Positions 42,863 through 53,067 of a stretch of 64,000 bases of DNA are shown here, piece after piece. The DNA lies in assembly GCA_963761335.1 (NCBI GenBank), contig CAVXGR010000007.1:32001-96000 (forward strand), written 5' to 3'. The notes under the pieces are model-generated. The model did not search any database. It worked only from the letters and a program-made list of their open reading frames with translations, and had not been told where the DNA came from. A program made the position numbers and the translations under genes. Position 1 is the stretch's first letter. Every line of letters begins with the position of its first letter. This DNA is from an uncultured delta proteobacterium. Its GTDB lineage: Bacteria; Desulfobacterota; Binatia; HRBIN30; BPIQ01.

Positions 42863-42929
42863 CCCGCCAAGTAATGCGGGAGAGGGAACCCGCCCCCGAA
42901 GCGTACCCAACAGGATTTTCGAAGCAGTG
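42863..42929. repeat. Right remainder of the interrupted family-D repeat
   Basis: CCCGCCAAGTAATGCGGGAGAGGGAAC...TTTTCGAAGCAG matches the reverse complement of 50654-50719. Confidence 0.88.
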
Positions 42930-43139
42930 CACCTTTTCAGCGATGGGGGGCACCTCGGCTCGGAGGAGACCTCCTTGCGCCGAAAGGGAGCCCGGCCCCT
43001 GTCTTCCCTCCCGCCTCGCCCCGGCATTCCCGCAAACGGGCGGCGCGGTTCTGCGAGGGATTCTTGACGGCCGTTCGCCTGGCCGGAGGCCCCGGAAGCC
43101 ACTGCTGCCATGGCCCAGCGCTTGCTGGCCGCGGAACCC

Positions 43140-43601
43140 ATGGACGACTTCTTCCGCTTCACATCTCGAGCCGCGGCGGCGCTCGCACCGGCGATCTGCC
43201 TCGCCCTTCTGGTCGCGGCCACACCGTCGCGACCGGCCTGGGGTGCCGAGGCCCTGGCGGCCACCGGCAGCGATGCGGTCGAGAGCCAATTCGCGGCATT
43301 CTGCAAATCCTGGATGGAGAAGGTCTCGGCGCGCCAGAGCGACAACCAGGGGCACATCAGCTGGCACGCCGCCGGCGGCGGCGTCGAAGGCGACTACATC
43401 GGCTACGGGCCCGCACGGCGCTGCGAGGTGAAGAGGAACACGCCCAGCGGCGTACCAGTGGGCAAGCTCGTCTACTACGAGTTCCGCTACAGAAAGCAGG
43501 GCCCTTCCGCCGAAGCGGCCGCCGTCAAGCCACCCGAGGTGGAGGACACCACCGAGGTCACCGAGATCTTCCGCTACGCCGACGGCAAGTGGGTGTACTA
43601 G
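43140..43601 (+). CDS. Hypothetical secreted protein
   Basis: Signal-peptide-like N-terminus, two Cys, high GC3, ends TEIFRYADGKWVY. Confidence 0.7.
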   Translation: MDDFFRFTSRAAAALAPAICLALLVAATPSRPAWGAEALAATGSDAVESQFAAFCKSWMEKVSARQSDNQGHISWHAAGGGVEGDYIGYGPARRCEVKRNTPSGVPVGKLVYYEFRYRKQGPSAEAAAVKPPEVEDTTEVTEIFRYADGKWVY

Positions 43602-43701
43602 ATTAGATAGTTGCTCAGTTGTCGAGTTATCGAGTTACCGAGTCACTGAGCCAAACCCGACAACCCGACAGCCCTGTAGCCCGACAACCCGATAAGCAAT
43701 T

Positions 43702-45144
43702 TCACCCGTGAATCGGCGGGCGGCGCTGCGCCCAAGGCGCCGCGTTCTCGAGCTGCGCGCCGACCCGCAGCAGGAGATCCTCGCGCCCATACGGCGCCAC
43801 CAGCTGTGAGCCGACCGGCAGACCGCCCTCGGTCCAGTGCAGCGGCAGCGAGATCGCCGGCTGCCCGGAGAGATTGAACGGCAAGGTGAAGACTCCGTAG
43901 GGCGCGGCGCGCATGAAGGCGCGCAGCGGCTCCTCGGGGGTCGATGAGACGAAGCCGATCTCCGGCGGCGGCGCCGCCTGCGTCGGCGTCAGCAGCAGGT
44001 CGAAGCCGCCGGCCCACCAAGCGGCGAGGCGGCGACCGAAGCGGTGCACAAAGTCGAGGCTCGCCAGCAGGCCGGCAGCGGAGACGTCGCGGCCGCGCCC
44101 GGCGATCGCCCAGGTGAGTACCTCGACGTCGTCGGCGCCGATGGTGTGACCGATCTTCTGGCTCCACGCGTCGAGAGCGCCGGCGACGTTGCAGGCGACG
44201 ATGTTCACGTAGTGGAGAACCGCCTCGGTATCGTCGAGAGCTTCCGGATGCGCCTCCTCGACGCTGTGGCCGAGATCGGCGAGCAATCGCGCCGTTGCCT
44301 CGACGGCGGCGATGACTTCGGCATGAGTCTCGAGGCCACGCGGTGCGCTCGGCATGAAGCCGACGCGCAGCTTGCCGGCGGCAGCACCGACCTCGGCCGA
44401 GAACGGCCGCGCCGGCGGCGCGGCGTAATACGGATCCCCGGGCATCGGCCCGCAGGTGACGTCGAGCAGCGCCGCCGCGTCGCGGACCGAACGGGTGACG
44501 GCAAACTCCACCGACAGGCCGCTCCAGCGCTCGCCCGCCCCCGGGCCGAACGAGTTGCGGCCGCGCGTCGTCTTCAGACCGACGAGCCCACACATGCTCG
44601 CCGGGCCGCGAATCGAGCCGCCACCGTCGCTGGCGTGCGCCATCGGCACGATTCCGGCGGCCACTGCTGCGGCGGAGCCACCGCTCGAGCCACCGGCGCT
44701 GTGACCCGGATTCCACGGGTTGCGCGTCGGCCCGTAGGCCGCGGGCTCCGAGACCGGCAACAGGCCCAGCTCCGGAGTATTGGTTCGTCCGAGCGACAGC
44801 AGACCGGCCCCGGTGAACCGGCGCGTCAGATAGCCGTCCTCCTTCTCGACCCAGCCCGCTCTCTTCAGTGCCGCCATGCCGGCGTGATGCGGCTGCCCGG
44901 CCTCGGGACCGCCGAGATCCTTCATCAGGAAGGGCACGCCGCGAAACGGGCCGCCCGGCAGCGACTCCGAGGCGGCGCCCTCCCGTGCCCGCTCGAGGCA
45001 GGGATGGATGACGGCGTTGAGCTGCGGGTTCAGACGCTCCAATCGGGCGATGGCGGCGTCCACCAGCTCCAGCGGCGACAGCTCGCCGCGGCGCACCAGA
45101 TCGGCCTGCGCCGTGGCATCGAGAAGAGAAAGCTCGTCGGACAT
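43702..45144 (-). CDS. Amidase (amidase signature family)
   Basis: [32 protein letters not shown]. Confidence 0.95.
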   Translation of the reverse strand: MSDELSLLDATAQADLVRRGELSPLELVDAAIARLERLNPQLNAVIHPCLERAREGAASESLPGGPFRGVPFLMKDLGGPEAGQPHHAGMAALKRAGWVEKEDGYLTRRFTGAGLLSLGRTNTPELGLLPVSEPAAYGPTRNPWNPGHSAGGSSGGSAAAVAAGIVPMAHASDGGGSIRGPASMCGLVGLKTTRGRNSFGPGAGERWSGLSVEFAVTRSVRDAAALLDVTCGPMPGDPYYAAPPARPFSAEVGAAAGKLRVGFMPSAPRGLETHAEVIAAVEATARLLADLGHSVEEAHPEALDDTEAVLHYVNIVACNVAGALDAWSQKIGHTIGADDVEVLTWAIAGRGRDVSAAGLLASLDFVHRFGRRLAAWWAGGFDLLLTPTQAAPPPEIGFVSSTPEEPLRAFMRAAPYGVFTLPFNLSGQPAISLPLHWTEGGLPVGSQLVAPYGREDLLLRVGAQLENAAPWAQRRPPIHG

Positions 45145-45269
45145 GGATCGACGGCGTAGCGCATTCGCACCGCCGTTGCCAGAAGCAGGTTGTTAGGTTG
45201 TTGGGGTGTTGGGTTGTTCAGCCGATTCCAAACTAACAACCTGACAACGCAACAACCTAACAACCATCT

Positions 45270-46406
45270 TCACTGCACCTGCTTGCGGAAGAAGGCCGTC
45301 GCCAGAGTGAGAATGAGAATGCCGTAGACGAGCAGGATCAGCGCCTCGCCCTGGAGCTCCGACCAGCCGACGCCCTTGAGGAAGATGCCGCGGACGATGG
45401 TGATGTAGTAGCGCAGGGGAATGATGTAGGTCATCTTCTGCACCGCCGGCGGCATGCTGGCGATGGGGAACATGAACCCGGAGAAGAACATGTTCGGCAG
45501 GATGACGAACTGCCCGGCCATCGACGCCTGCTGCTGGGTATTCGAGACTGCCGACACCACCAGCCCCATCCCCAGGCAGGTGAGGATGAAGAGCCCGGTG
45601 AGCGCGAAGAGCATGAGGACGCTGCCGCTGATGGCGACGTCGAACCAGTAGGTTCCCACCAGGATCACCACTGTGACGTTGATGTATCCCAGGCCGATGA
45701 AGGGCACGGCCTTGCCGATGATCAGCTCGTAGCGGCGGATGGGCGACACCAGGATCTGCTCGATGGTGCCCCGCTCCTTCTCCTTGACGATGGCGATGGC
45801 GGTGAGGATGACCAGCGACTCCATCAGCAGGACACAGATGATCCCGGGCACCATGAAGCGGATGCTGCGCAGCTCGGGGTTGAACCAGACGCGAGGCTCG
45901 GCGGAGACCAGCGGCGGTTTCGCCAGCAGCGCCTCGCCGCCGCCGCCGGGCACCATTACATCGATCGCCTGCGAGAGCGTCGCCTGCTCCAGATAGGAGA
46001 CGGCGATCATCGCCGTGTTCGAGTTGCTGCCGTCCACCGCCGCCATCACCTGAGCCGGCTCGCGGCGCGCCAGCTTGTTGGCGAAGTCGGGCGGAATCAC
46101 CAAGGCGACGCGCACCGTGCCGCGGTCGAGCATCGCGTCGACCTCACCGATACGCTGGCACTCGACGCGCACGCGGAAGTAGCCGCTGCGCTCCAACTGC
46201 GCCACGTAGGCGCGGCTCTCGGCGCTGTGGCTGTAGTCGCACACCGCCAGGTCGATGTTGTCGATGTCGGTGGCGACCACGTAGCCGAAGATGAACAGCT
46301 CGATCACCGGCATCATCAACACCAGGCCGAACATGCGGCGGTCGCGGCGGATCTGGATGACCTCCTTCCAGACGATCTGATAGATGCGGGCGAGCGAGGC
46401 GATCAC
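45270..46406 (-). CDS. ABC-2 permease (YbhR-like)
   Basis: DGSNSNTA, WFNPEL, KEKERGTIEQ, FSGFMFPI. Confidence 0.92.
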   Translation of the reverse strand: MIASLARIYQIVWKEVIQIRRDRRMFGLVLMMPVIELFIFGYVVATDIDNIDLAVCDYSHSAESRAYVAQLERSGYFRVRVECQRIGEVDAMLDRGTVRVALVIPPDFANKLARREPAQVMAAVDGSNSNTAMIAVSYLEQATLSQAIDVMVPGGGGEALLAKPPLVSAEPRVWFNPELRSIRFMVPGIICVLLMESLVILTAIAIVKEKERGTIEQILVSPIRRYELIIGKAVPFIGLGYINVTVVILVGTYWFDVAISGSVLMLFALTGLFILTCLGMGLVVSAVSNTQQQASMAGQFVILPNMFFSGFMFPIASMPPAVQKMTYIIPLRYYITIVRGIFLKGVGWSELQGEALILLVYGILILTLATAFFRKQVQ

Positions 46407-46412
46407 GCGTCT

Positions 46413-47561
46413 CTACTCCAGACGCTCGCGGAAGCGCATGGCGCTCAGCGAGATGATGGCGGCCGCAAAGATGGCCATGAAGACCGCATCCGGCCACAGC
46501 ACCGATATGCCGATGCCCTTCAGATAGATGCCGCGGATGGCGTCGACGAAGTACCGTCCCGGAAAGAAGTAGGTGAGAACCTGGATGGCCACCGGCATGT
46601 ACTCGATCGGGAAGACGAAGCCGGAGAGCAGCACCGAGGGCAGCAGGGAGATGAAGACGGCGGCGAGCATCGCCGTCTGCATGTTGTCGGCGATGGTGGA
46701 GACGAAGACGCCCACCCCCAGAGAGCAGACCAGGTAGAGCACGGAGAATATCGACAGCTGCAGCAGGCTACCCTTGATGGGCACCTGGAAGAGCAGGTAG
46801 CCGGCGGCGATGATGATCGCCAGATCGATGACGGCAATGACGACGTAGGGAATGATCTTGCCGAGCATCATCTCCAGCGGGCGGATCGGCGAGGTGAGGA
46901 TCTGCTCGATGGTGCCCCGCTCCTTCTCCTTGACGATGCTCAGTGCGGTCAGAATGGCGCCGACGATCATCATGATCACGGCAATGACTCCCGGAACGAT
47001 GAAGTTGACGCTCTTCAGCTCGGGGTTGTACCAGACGCGGCTGGCCACCTCGATGGGCGGCGCCGTCGCCTGCACCCCGGAGCGCAGGCGCGCGCCGAAC
47101 AGATTGACCACCGCCAGAGCGTAGCCCTGGGCAATGGTCGCCGTGTTGGCGTCGGAGCCGTCGATCAGCACCTGCACGGAGGTCGGCTGCTCGCCGCGCA
47201 GCTTGTCGGCAAAGTCGTAGGGGATGACCACTGCGGCGCGCACCTTCTCGGTGGACAGGGCTCGATCGACCTGTGACTGGTGGCTGGCGTACACCACGGC
47301 AAGAAAGTAGCCGGAGCGGGTCATATCCTGGATCAGGGCGCGGCTTTCGGGCGTCTCGCTGTAGTCGAGGATCGCCAGCGGCACCTTGTCGACGTCGTAG
47401 CGGATGCCGTAGCCGTACATGACCAGCATGCTGATCGGGTAGAGAAAGGTGAGCACCAGGCTGCGGCGATCGCGGCGGACGTCGATGAACTCGCGGCGCA
47501 TGATGGCGCGGATCCGGCGCAACGAGCGGCGCAGCCGCCCCTCGGAATCGGCGGCGCTCAC
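46413..47561 (-). CDS. ABC-2 permease (YbhS-like)
   Basis: DGSDANTA, WYNPEL, KEKERGTIEQ, LSGFVFPI. Confidence 0.92.
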   Translation of the reverse strand: MSAADSEGRLRRSLRRIRAIMRREFIDVRRDRRSLVLTFLYPISMLVMYGYGIRYDVDKVPLAILDYSETPESRALIQDMTRSGYFLAVVYASHQSQVDRALSTEKVRAAVVIPYDFADKLRGEQPTSVQVLIDGSDANTATIAQGYALAVVNLFGARLRSGVQATAPPIEVASRVWYNPELKSVNFIVPGVIAVIMMIVGAILTALSIVKEKERGTIEQILTSPIRPLEMMLGKIIPYVVIAVIDLAIIIAAGYLLFQVPIKGSLLQLSIFSVLYLVCSLGVGVFVSTIADNMQTAMLAAVFISLLPSVLLSGFVFPIEYMPVAIQVLTYFFPGRYFVDAIRGIYLKGIGISVLWPDAVFMAIFAAAIISLSAMRFRERLE

Positions 47562-48511
47562 CGCTCACCTCCGCCGGCCGCCGGCTCCGTGCTGCGCTCG
47601 ATGATGGCCACGAAGGCGTCCTCCAGTGACGGCTCGATGCGCTCGACGCGGTGCAGGGCAACGCCGGCGCGCCCCAGCGCCTCGTCGATGGCGCCACGGG
47701 CCTTCTCCTCGTCGGTCGCGACCACGTGCAGCGCATTGCCAAACAGCGCCACCCCGGCGATGGCGCTCTCCCGCTTCAGGGCCGCGAAGGCCGCCATCAG
47801 ATCGCCGCACTCGACCTCCAGCAGGGCGCGGTCCGTGTACCGATGCTTGAGCTCGCTCGGGCTCCCCGAGGCGATGATGCGGCCGCCATAGATCAGCGCC
47901 AGCTCGTCGCAATGCTCCGCCTCGTCCATGAAGTGCGTGGTGACGAAGACGGTGATGCCGCGCTCGGCGAGGCTGCCGATCATCTCCCAGAAGTCGCGGC
48001 GCGAGGCCGGATCGACGCCGGAGGTCGGCTCGTCCAGGAAGAGAATGGGCGGCTGGTGGAGAACGGCGCAGCCGAGCGCCAGCCGCTGGCGCCAGCCGCC
48101 CGCCAGATCTGCGGTCTTCATTTCGCCGCGCCCCTCGAGGTCGGCCATGCGCAGCGCCCAGGCGATCCGCTCCTGGCGCTGCGCGCCGCGCACCCCGTAG
48201 ATACCGGCGAAGAAGCGCAGGTTCTCCTCCACGGTGAGGTCCTCGTAGAGCGAGAACTTCTGCGACATGTAGCCGATGCGGTTCTTCACCTCCTCGGGCT
48301 CACGCATGACGTCGAAGCCGCCGACCACGGCGCGCCCGGAGGACGGCCGCAGAATGCCGCACAGCATGCGGATGGTGGTGGACTTGCCGGCGCCGTTGGG
48401 TCCGAGAAAGCCGAAGACGGTTCCCTTCTGCACGGCCAGATCGATGTGGTCGACGGCGATGAAGTCACCGAAGACGCGCGTCAGACCCTCGACCTCGACG
48501 GCGACGCTCAT
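47558..48511 (-). CDS. ABC ATP-binding protein (like the second half of YbhF)
   Basis: GPNGAGKST, GYMSQKFSLY, FLDEPTSGVDP. Confidence 0.93.
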   Translation of the reverse strand: MSVAVEVEGLTRVFGDFIAVDHIDLAVQKGTVFGFLGPNGAGKSTTIRMLCGILRPSSGRAVVGGFDVMREPEEVKNRIGYMSQKFSLYEDLTVEENLRFFAGIYGVRGAQRQERIAWALRMADLEGRGEMKTADLAGGWRQRLALGCAVLHQPPILFLDEPTSGVDPASRRDFWEMIGSLAERGITVFVTTHFMDEAEHCDELALIYGGRIIASGSPSELKHRYTDRALLEVECGDLMAAFAALKRESAIAGVALFGNALHVVATDEEKARGAIDEALGRAGVALHRVERIEPSLEDAFVAIIERSTEPAAGGGER

Positions 48512-49446
48512 GGCGGCGGCGCCTCCGCCCGGCGCATGTACTCGAGAAACACGTCCTCCAGCGATGGCTCGCGCACCTTCCAGTCATCGATGGAGATGCC
48601 GGCGGCGCGGGCGCGCTCCACCGCCCTTTCGGCGTCCATCTCCGCCCGCGGCACGGTAACATGGATGCGGTCGCCGAAGAGAACCGAGCTGCGCAGACCC
48701 TCGACCTGCCGCAGGGAGCGCTGCACCTCTCGCGGCCGCGGCAAGCGCAGCTCGAGGACACTGACGCCGAGGTCGCTCTTCAGCTGCGGCGGCGCCCCGC
48801 AGGCGATCAGGCGGCCGCCGAGCAGGAAGCCGACGCGCCGGCACCGCTCGGCCTCGTCCATGTAGGGAGTGGTCAGCAATATGGTCGATCCTTCCTGCAG
48901 CAGGTCGTAGAGGATCAGCCAGAAGTCGCGGCGCGACAGCGGGTCGACGCCGATGGTGGGCTCGTCGAGCAGCAGGATCTCGGGCTGGTGGATCAGACAA
49001 GCCGCCAGGCTGAGCTTCTGCTTCATGCCACCGGAGAGGTTGCGCGCCAGGCGATCCTGGAAGGGGCCGAGACGACTGAACTCCAGGAGGCGGCCGATGC
49101 GCTCGCGGCGCTTGCCGTGTGGCACGCCCCACACCTCGGCAACGTAGAGCAGGTTTTCCAGGACCGTCAGGGTCTCCGACAGGCTGAAGCGCTGCGACAT
49201 ATAGCCGATGTGGCGCTTCACCTCGGCCGGGCTTGTCGTGCTGTCGACGCCGGCGACCTCGACGACCCCGCCACTGGGCTTCAGCAGGCAGGCGAGAACG
49301 CGCAGGAAGGTCGTCTTGCCGGCGCCGTCCGGGCCGACCAGCCCGAACAGCTCGCCGCGATGCACGTCGAAGGTGACGTCGCGCAGCGCCTCGACGGCAC
49401 CGTAGCTCTTGGCGACGTGCACGGCATGGATGGCGGCCTCGGGCAT
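48508..49446 (-). CDS. ABC ATP-binding protein (like the first half of YbhF)
   Basis: GPDGAGKTT, LSGGMKQKL, LLDEPTIGVDP. Confidence 0.93.
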   Translation of the reverse strand: MPEAAIHAVHVAKSYGAVEALRDVTFDVHRGELFGLVGPDGAGKTTFLRVLACLLKPSGGVVEVAGVDSTTSPAEVKRHIGYMSQRFSLSETLTVLENLLYVAEVWGVPHGKRRERIGRLLEFSRLGPFQDRLARNLSGGMKQKLSLAACLIHQPEILLLDEPTIGVDPLSRRDFWLILYDLLQEGSTILLTTPYMDEAERCRRVGFLLGGRLIACGAPPQLKSDLGVSVLELRLPRPREVQRSLRQVEGLRSSVLFGDRIHVTVPRAEMDAERAVERARAAGISIDDWKVREPSLEDVFLEYMRRAEAPPP

Positions 49447-49456
49447 GGGAACGCCC

Positions 49457-50458
49457 TCACGGACTTTGGTTCAGTGGCAGGATCACGTCGGCCGGCATTC
49501 CGGGCTTCAGTGCTCCGTCGCGCGTCTGCATCTCCACCTTGACCCGATAGACCAGCTTGACGCGCTCGTCCGGTGTCTGGATGTTCTTGGGAGTGAACTC
49601 GGCGCGGTCGGCGACGAAAGTGACAGCGCCGGGAAAGGGCTCCTTCGGGAAGGAATCGATGGTGACCCAGGCCTTCATCCCCAGCCGCACCTTGCCGAGA
49701 TTTCGCTCGCTGACGTAGAGGTTCACCCAGGGGCGGCTCAGGTCGCCGATGGTCACCACCGGCGTGCCCGGCTGCACCATCTCGCCGGCCTCGCGGCTCT
49801 TGCTCAGCACCCGCCCGGACGACGGGGCGTAGAGCGTCGTGCGCGACAGGTCCAGCTCCGCCAGCTCGAGCTCTGCCTTCGCCTGCTGGAGGCGCGCCCG
49901 CGCCCCCTCGATCTCCTCGGTGCGGAAGCCCTCGCGCAGCAGGTTCAGCTGTGCCTGGGCGCGGTCGCGCTCGGCCTTGGCGCTCGCCAGGGCGTTGTTG
50001 ACGCGGTCGAGCTCCCCCTGGGAGACGATTCCCTGGCCGCGCAGCTCGGCGACACGGTCGTACTCGCGCTGCGCCAGGCGCACCTGACTCTCGGCGGCAT
50101 CGAGGGCGGCGAGCGCCTGGTCCACTTCCTGCGCCCGCGCTCCCCGCAGCATCATCTTGTACTGCGCCTCGGCCCCCTCCTTCGCCGCCACCGCACGCTG
50201 CACTTGGAGGCGGTACTCGCGATCGTCCAGACGGGCAATCGGCTCGCCGCGGTCGAGCATGGCACCCTCGTCGACCATGCGCTCGATCATGCGGCCGGGG
50301 ACCTCGAAGGCGGCGTCGACCTGGGTCACCTCGATGATCCCCGAGCCGGTGATCGCCTGCTCCTCATTCTGGCGGACCACGCGCCAGCGCCACACCGCCG
50401 CGGCGGCAACGGCGACGACGGCGACGGCGACGACGGCGATGAGCCTGCCCCTAGACAT
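49457..50458 (-). CDS. HlyD family membrane fusion protein (YbhG-like)
   Basis: N-terminal TM, coiled hairpin, AEFTPKNIQT, LKPGMPAD. Confidence 0.92.
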   Translation of the reverse strand: MSRGRLIAVVAVAVVAVAAAAVWRWRVVRQNEEQAITGSGIIEVTQVDAAFEVPGRMIERMVDEGAMLDRGEPIARLDDREYRLQVQRAVAAKEGAEAQYKMMLRGARAQEVDQALAALDAAESQVRLAQREYDRVAELRGQGIVSQGELDRVNNALASAKAERDRAQAQLNLLREGFRTEEIEGARARLQQAKAELELAELDLSRTTLYAPSSGRVLSKSREAGEMVQPGTPVVTIGDLSRPWVNLYVSERNLGKVRLGMKAWVTIDSFPKEPFPGAVTFVADRAEFTPKNIQTPDERVKLVYRVKVEMQTRDGALKPGMPADVILPLNQSP

Positions 50459-50653
50459 CTCCAGATTTAGAGCACAATCGCCGCGCTCACGCACCCTGCG
50501 GGACAGCCAGAGGGGACTGGCTCCTTTTCGGCGCAATGGCGCTTCACTAAAGCCTTCGGCCTCCGCTGCCGAAAGGTGCCTGTCCCCGGCCGTCTGCGCA
50601 GGCGGGGACAGGCACCTCGCCGCTGTCGTCAGAACTCGGACCGCAAAAGTAGC

Positions 50654-51295
50654 CTGCTTCGAAAATCTGTTGGGTGTGCGCTTCGGGGGCGCGTTCCCTC
50701 TCCCGCATTACTTGGCGGGAGAGGGTCAGGGTGAGGGTGCCGATCTCTGTGAAGGCCGTGGAGATTCACGAGCTTTCAGTGAGACAGGAACCCCTCACCT
50801 TGATCCTCTCCCCGCGGAAAGATGCGGGGAGAGGAGACCCGCCCCCGTGGCGCGGAAGTATCATCGCAAGCGTCTGATCAGTGAATCAGGACGCCGTCCA
50901 TTTTCATCGTCTGTTGGTGAGCCGCAGGCTCATGACGCACTGCTTCGAAAATCTATTGGGTGATGGTCTGGCGGAGTCCCGGCGCTGGGGTGGAGGCTTA
51001 TCGCCCCGCAGGGGCGTAGGCATGTAGCCCCGAGTGTTAACCCGGGGACCGCGTTCCGATTGGCCCAGATCAGCGCCCCGCAGGGGCGCAGGCATGTAGC
51101 CCCGAGTGTTAACCCGGGGACCGCGTTCCGATTGGCCCAGATCAGCGCCCCGCAGGGGCGCGGGCGTAGAGGCGCGACATCGACGGAAGTTTGCCCGCGC
51201 CCCCTGGCGGGGCGCCTATGACGGAGCGCGCATTTTTCCCCGGGTTTCACCCGGGGCTACACGCCACCGCCCCTCCGGGGCGAACTTCGCCCAGG
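50654..51295. repeat. Composite repeat (families D and C); includes the empty IS110 target and a 72-bp tandem
   Basis: Inverted homolog of 40553-41146 + 42863-42929; 23-bp direct repeat CTGCTTCGAAAATCTRTTGGGTG at 50654 and 50940. Confidence 0.88.
51002..51160. repeat. 72-bp tandem repeat, about 2.2 copies
   Basis: Units begin at 51002, 51074 and 51146 (CGCCCCGCAGGGGCG...). Confidence 0.92.
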
Positions 51296-51506
51296 CGAGA
51301 ACCGCCAAATCTCTCTACGGGGCAGATCCCCAGCCTCATTTTCATCGTCTGTTGGTGGGCCGCAGGCTCATGACGCACTGTCCCCTTGGGCCTGCGAGGG
51401 GAAGAAGGGCTGCATTTGCTGCGCTCTGAGCGTTGTGGCGTGGCGCCGTAGCGTGAGACGAGGAGATGGGCTCACGCAACGGCGCCACGGCGCCACGACG
51501 TATCCG

Positions 51507-52916
51507 TCACTGCGTGAAGCCGGCGCGCATCGCCGCCGCCGAGACGCCGCGCGTCGACTCGATGATGCGGGCCGCGGCTCGGGTCAACGGCACGAGGCTC
51601 GGCGCATCGATCTTGTCGGGATTGTCCATGCGGTCGAAGAGGTAGAACGGCGCCGTCAGAAAATTCACCAGCGGCACGCCCTCGGGATGGAAGGGGCCGC
51701 CGTCGCTGGTGGGAAACGGCGCCAGGGCATCCGGGGTCATCAGCAGCGAGCGCTCCAGTCCTTCGCCTTCGACGGCGTCCCACACCGCCGCCTCCAGCGC
51801 CGGGATGCGGCTGGTGAACCACCAGCGCGGCTCCGCCGCGCCGCTGGGCACGAGATTTCCGTCGCGCTCGACGATCTCGCGGGCGGCGTGCTCCAGGTGC
51901 ACCTCCAGGACGATGCGCCCGAGCTCGGCGCGGTGGCTCTCGATGAAGGCGCGCACCCCGGCGCCGCCCGCCATGTGACCGGCGTTGAAGAGAAAGACCA
52001 GCCGGTGCGGCCGCCGCTCCGGCGGTTGCGCCGCCCAGTGGGCGGCCTGCGCCAGGACCAGCGCCATTCCCGAGGCATCCTCGACCGCCGACGACCAGGG
52101 CCCGTCGTGATGCGTGCCGATCACCACCCATTCGTCGTCGGCGCCCGGCAGCTCACCAACGACGTTGTGCGACGGCACCCGCGAGCACATGGCCTCGACA
52201 TGGATGCTGACGCGCACCGGGCCGCCCTGAAGCAGCGCCGCCAGGCGCGTGCCGTCGCGCTCGCCGATCCACACGCCGGGGATCGCACGGCGAATGCCGT
52301 CGTAGGGGACGTAGTATTCGCAGCCGCCGCCGGGGTAGTCGCGCAACACTCCGACGAAGCCGACGGCACCGGCGTCCATCGATGGCTCCATGACGTTCTG
52401 AATCTCGCGGCCGAAGGGCAGGACCTGCACGGCGCCGTCGAAGGTGCGGCGCGGGTCGTAGCAGAAGCCGGCGTCCCGCGCGGCCGCCGGCGCATCGCGG
52501 GAGTCGCGCTCTTCCAGGAGCCGGCGCTGCACGGTGAACGCCGGCGGCACGCGCACCGGCGCCACCTCGTAGAGCGAGACGCGCCCGCGCACCGCCGCGG
52601 GAGCGGTCGCGTCGAAGACGGTCAGCTCCCCCTCGACCCCGGGCGTCGGCGCTGAGAAGGGAAGCGGGAAGCAGGGGATCTGGAAACGTTCGCCGCCGCC
52701 GTCGACGCGCAGCACGGCGCTCTTCGGCTCCCAATATGGCACCTCGACGGGCTCCAGGCGGACGTTCTCGACGCCGAACCGGCGCAGCTGGTCACCGCAG
52801 AACTGCTCCGCCCAGCGATCCGCGGGATACCCCGGCCGGCGGATCCCCTGTGCGTGGATTCGCCGGATCCACTCGAGCAGCACACCCTCATCCGGCACCA
52901 GTGAAGAGGTCGACAT
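51507..52916 (-). CDS. M28 family peptidase-like protein with PA-type insert
   Basis: HNVVGELPG, IGTHHDG, AVEDASG, NAGHM, HLEH. Confidence 0.8.
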   Translation of the reverse strand: MSTSSLVPDEGVLLEWIRRIHAQGIRRPGYPADRWAEQFCGDQLRRFGVENVRLEPVEVPYWEPKSAVLRVDGGGERFQIPCFPLPFSAPTPGVEGELTVFDATAPAAVRGRVSLYEVAPVRVPPAFTVQRRLLEERDSRDAPAAARDAGFCYDPRRTFDGAVQVLPFGREIQNVMEPSMDAGAVGFVGVLRDYPGGGCEYYVPYDGIRRAIPGVWIGERDGTRLAALLQGGPVRVSIHVEAMCSRVPSHNVVGELPGADDEWVVIGTHHDGPWSSAVEDASGMALVLAQAAHWAAQPPERRPHRLVFLFNAGHMAGGAGVRAFIESHRAELGRIVLEVHLEHAAREIVERDGNLVPSGAAEPRWWFTSRIPALEAAVWDAVEGEGLERSLLMTPDALAPFPTSDGGPFHPEGVPLVNFLTAPFYLFDRMDNPDKIDAPSLVPLTRAAARIIESTRGVSAAAMRAGFTQ

Positions 52917-53067
52917 GGCGAATCCTCCCGCCGCTGCCATAGTCGATTGCGCGCCGTGGGGTCAATGTCGGCTGCGCTTGCGGTGGTGGCCGGGAGGGCC
53001 GCGTCCCGGAACGGGCCCCAGGACGGGTTGGACGCCGGACCGCGGGGTGAATTACTATCGGCGCGAC

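Noticed and set aside
40930..42870. 646-aa and 440-aa ORFs over the IS
   Set aside because: Alternate frame or antisense to the transposase; the 646-aa ORF also crosses the IS boundary; no recognisable motifs.
51002..51160. Possible CRISPR array
   Set aside because: The whole 72-bp unit repeats, there are no unique spacers, and no cas genes are present.
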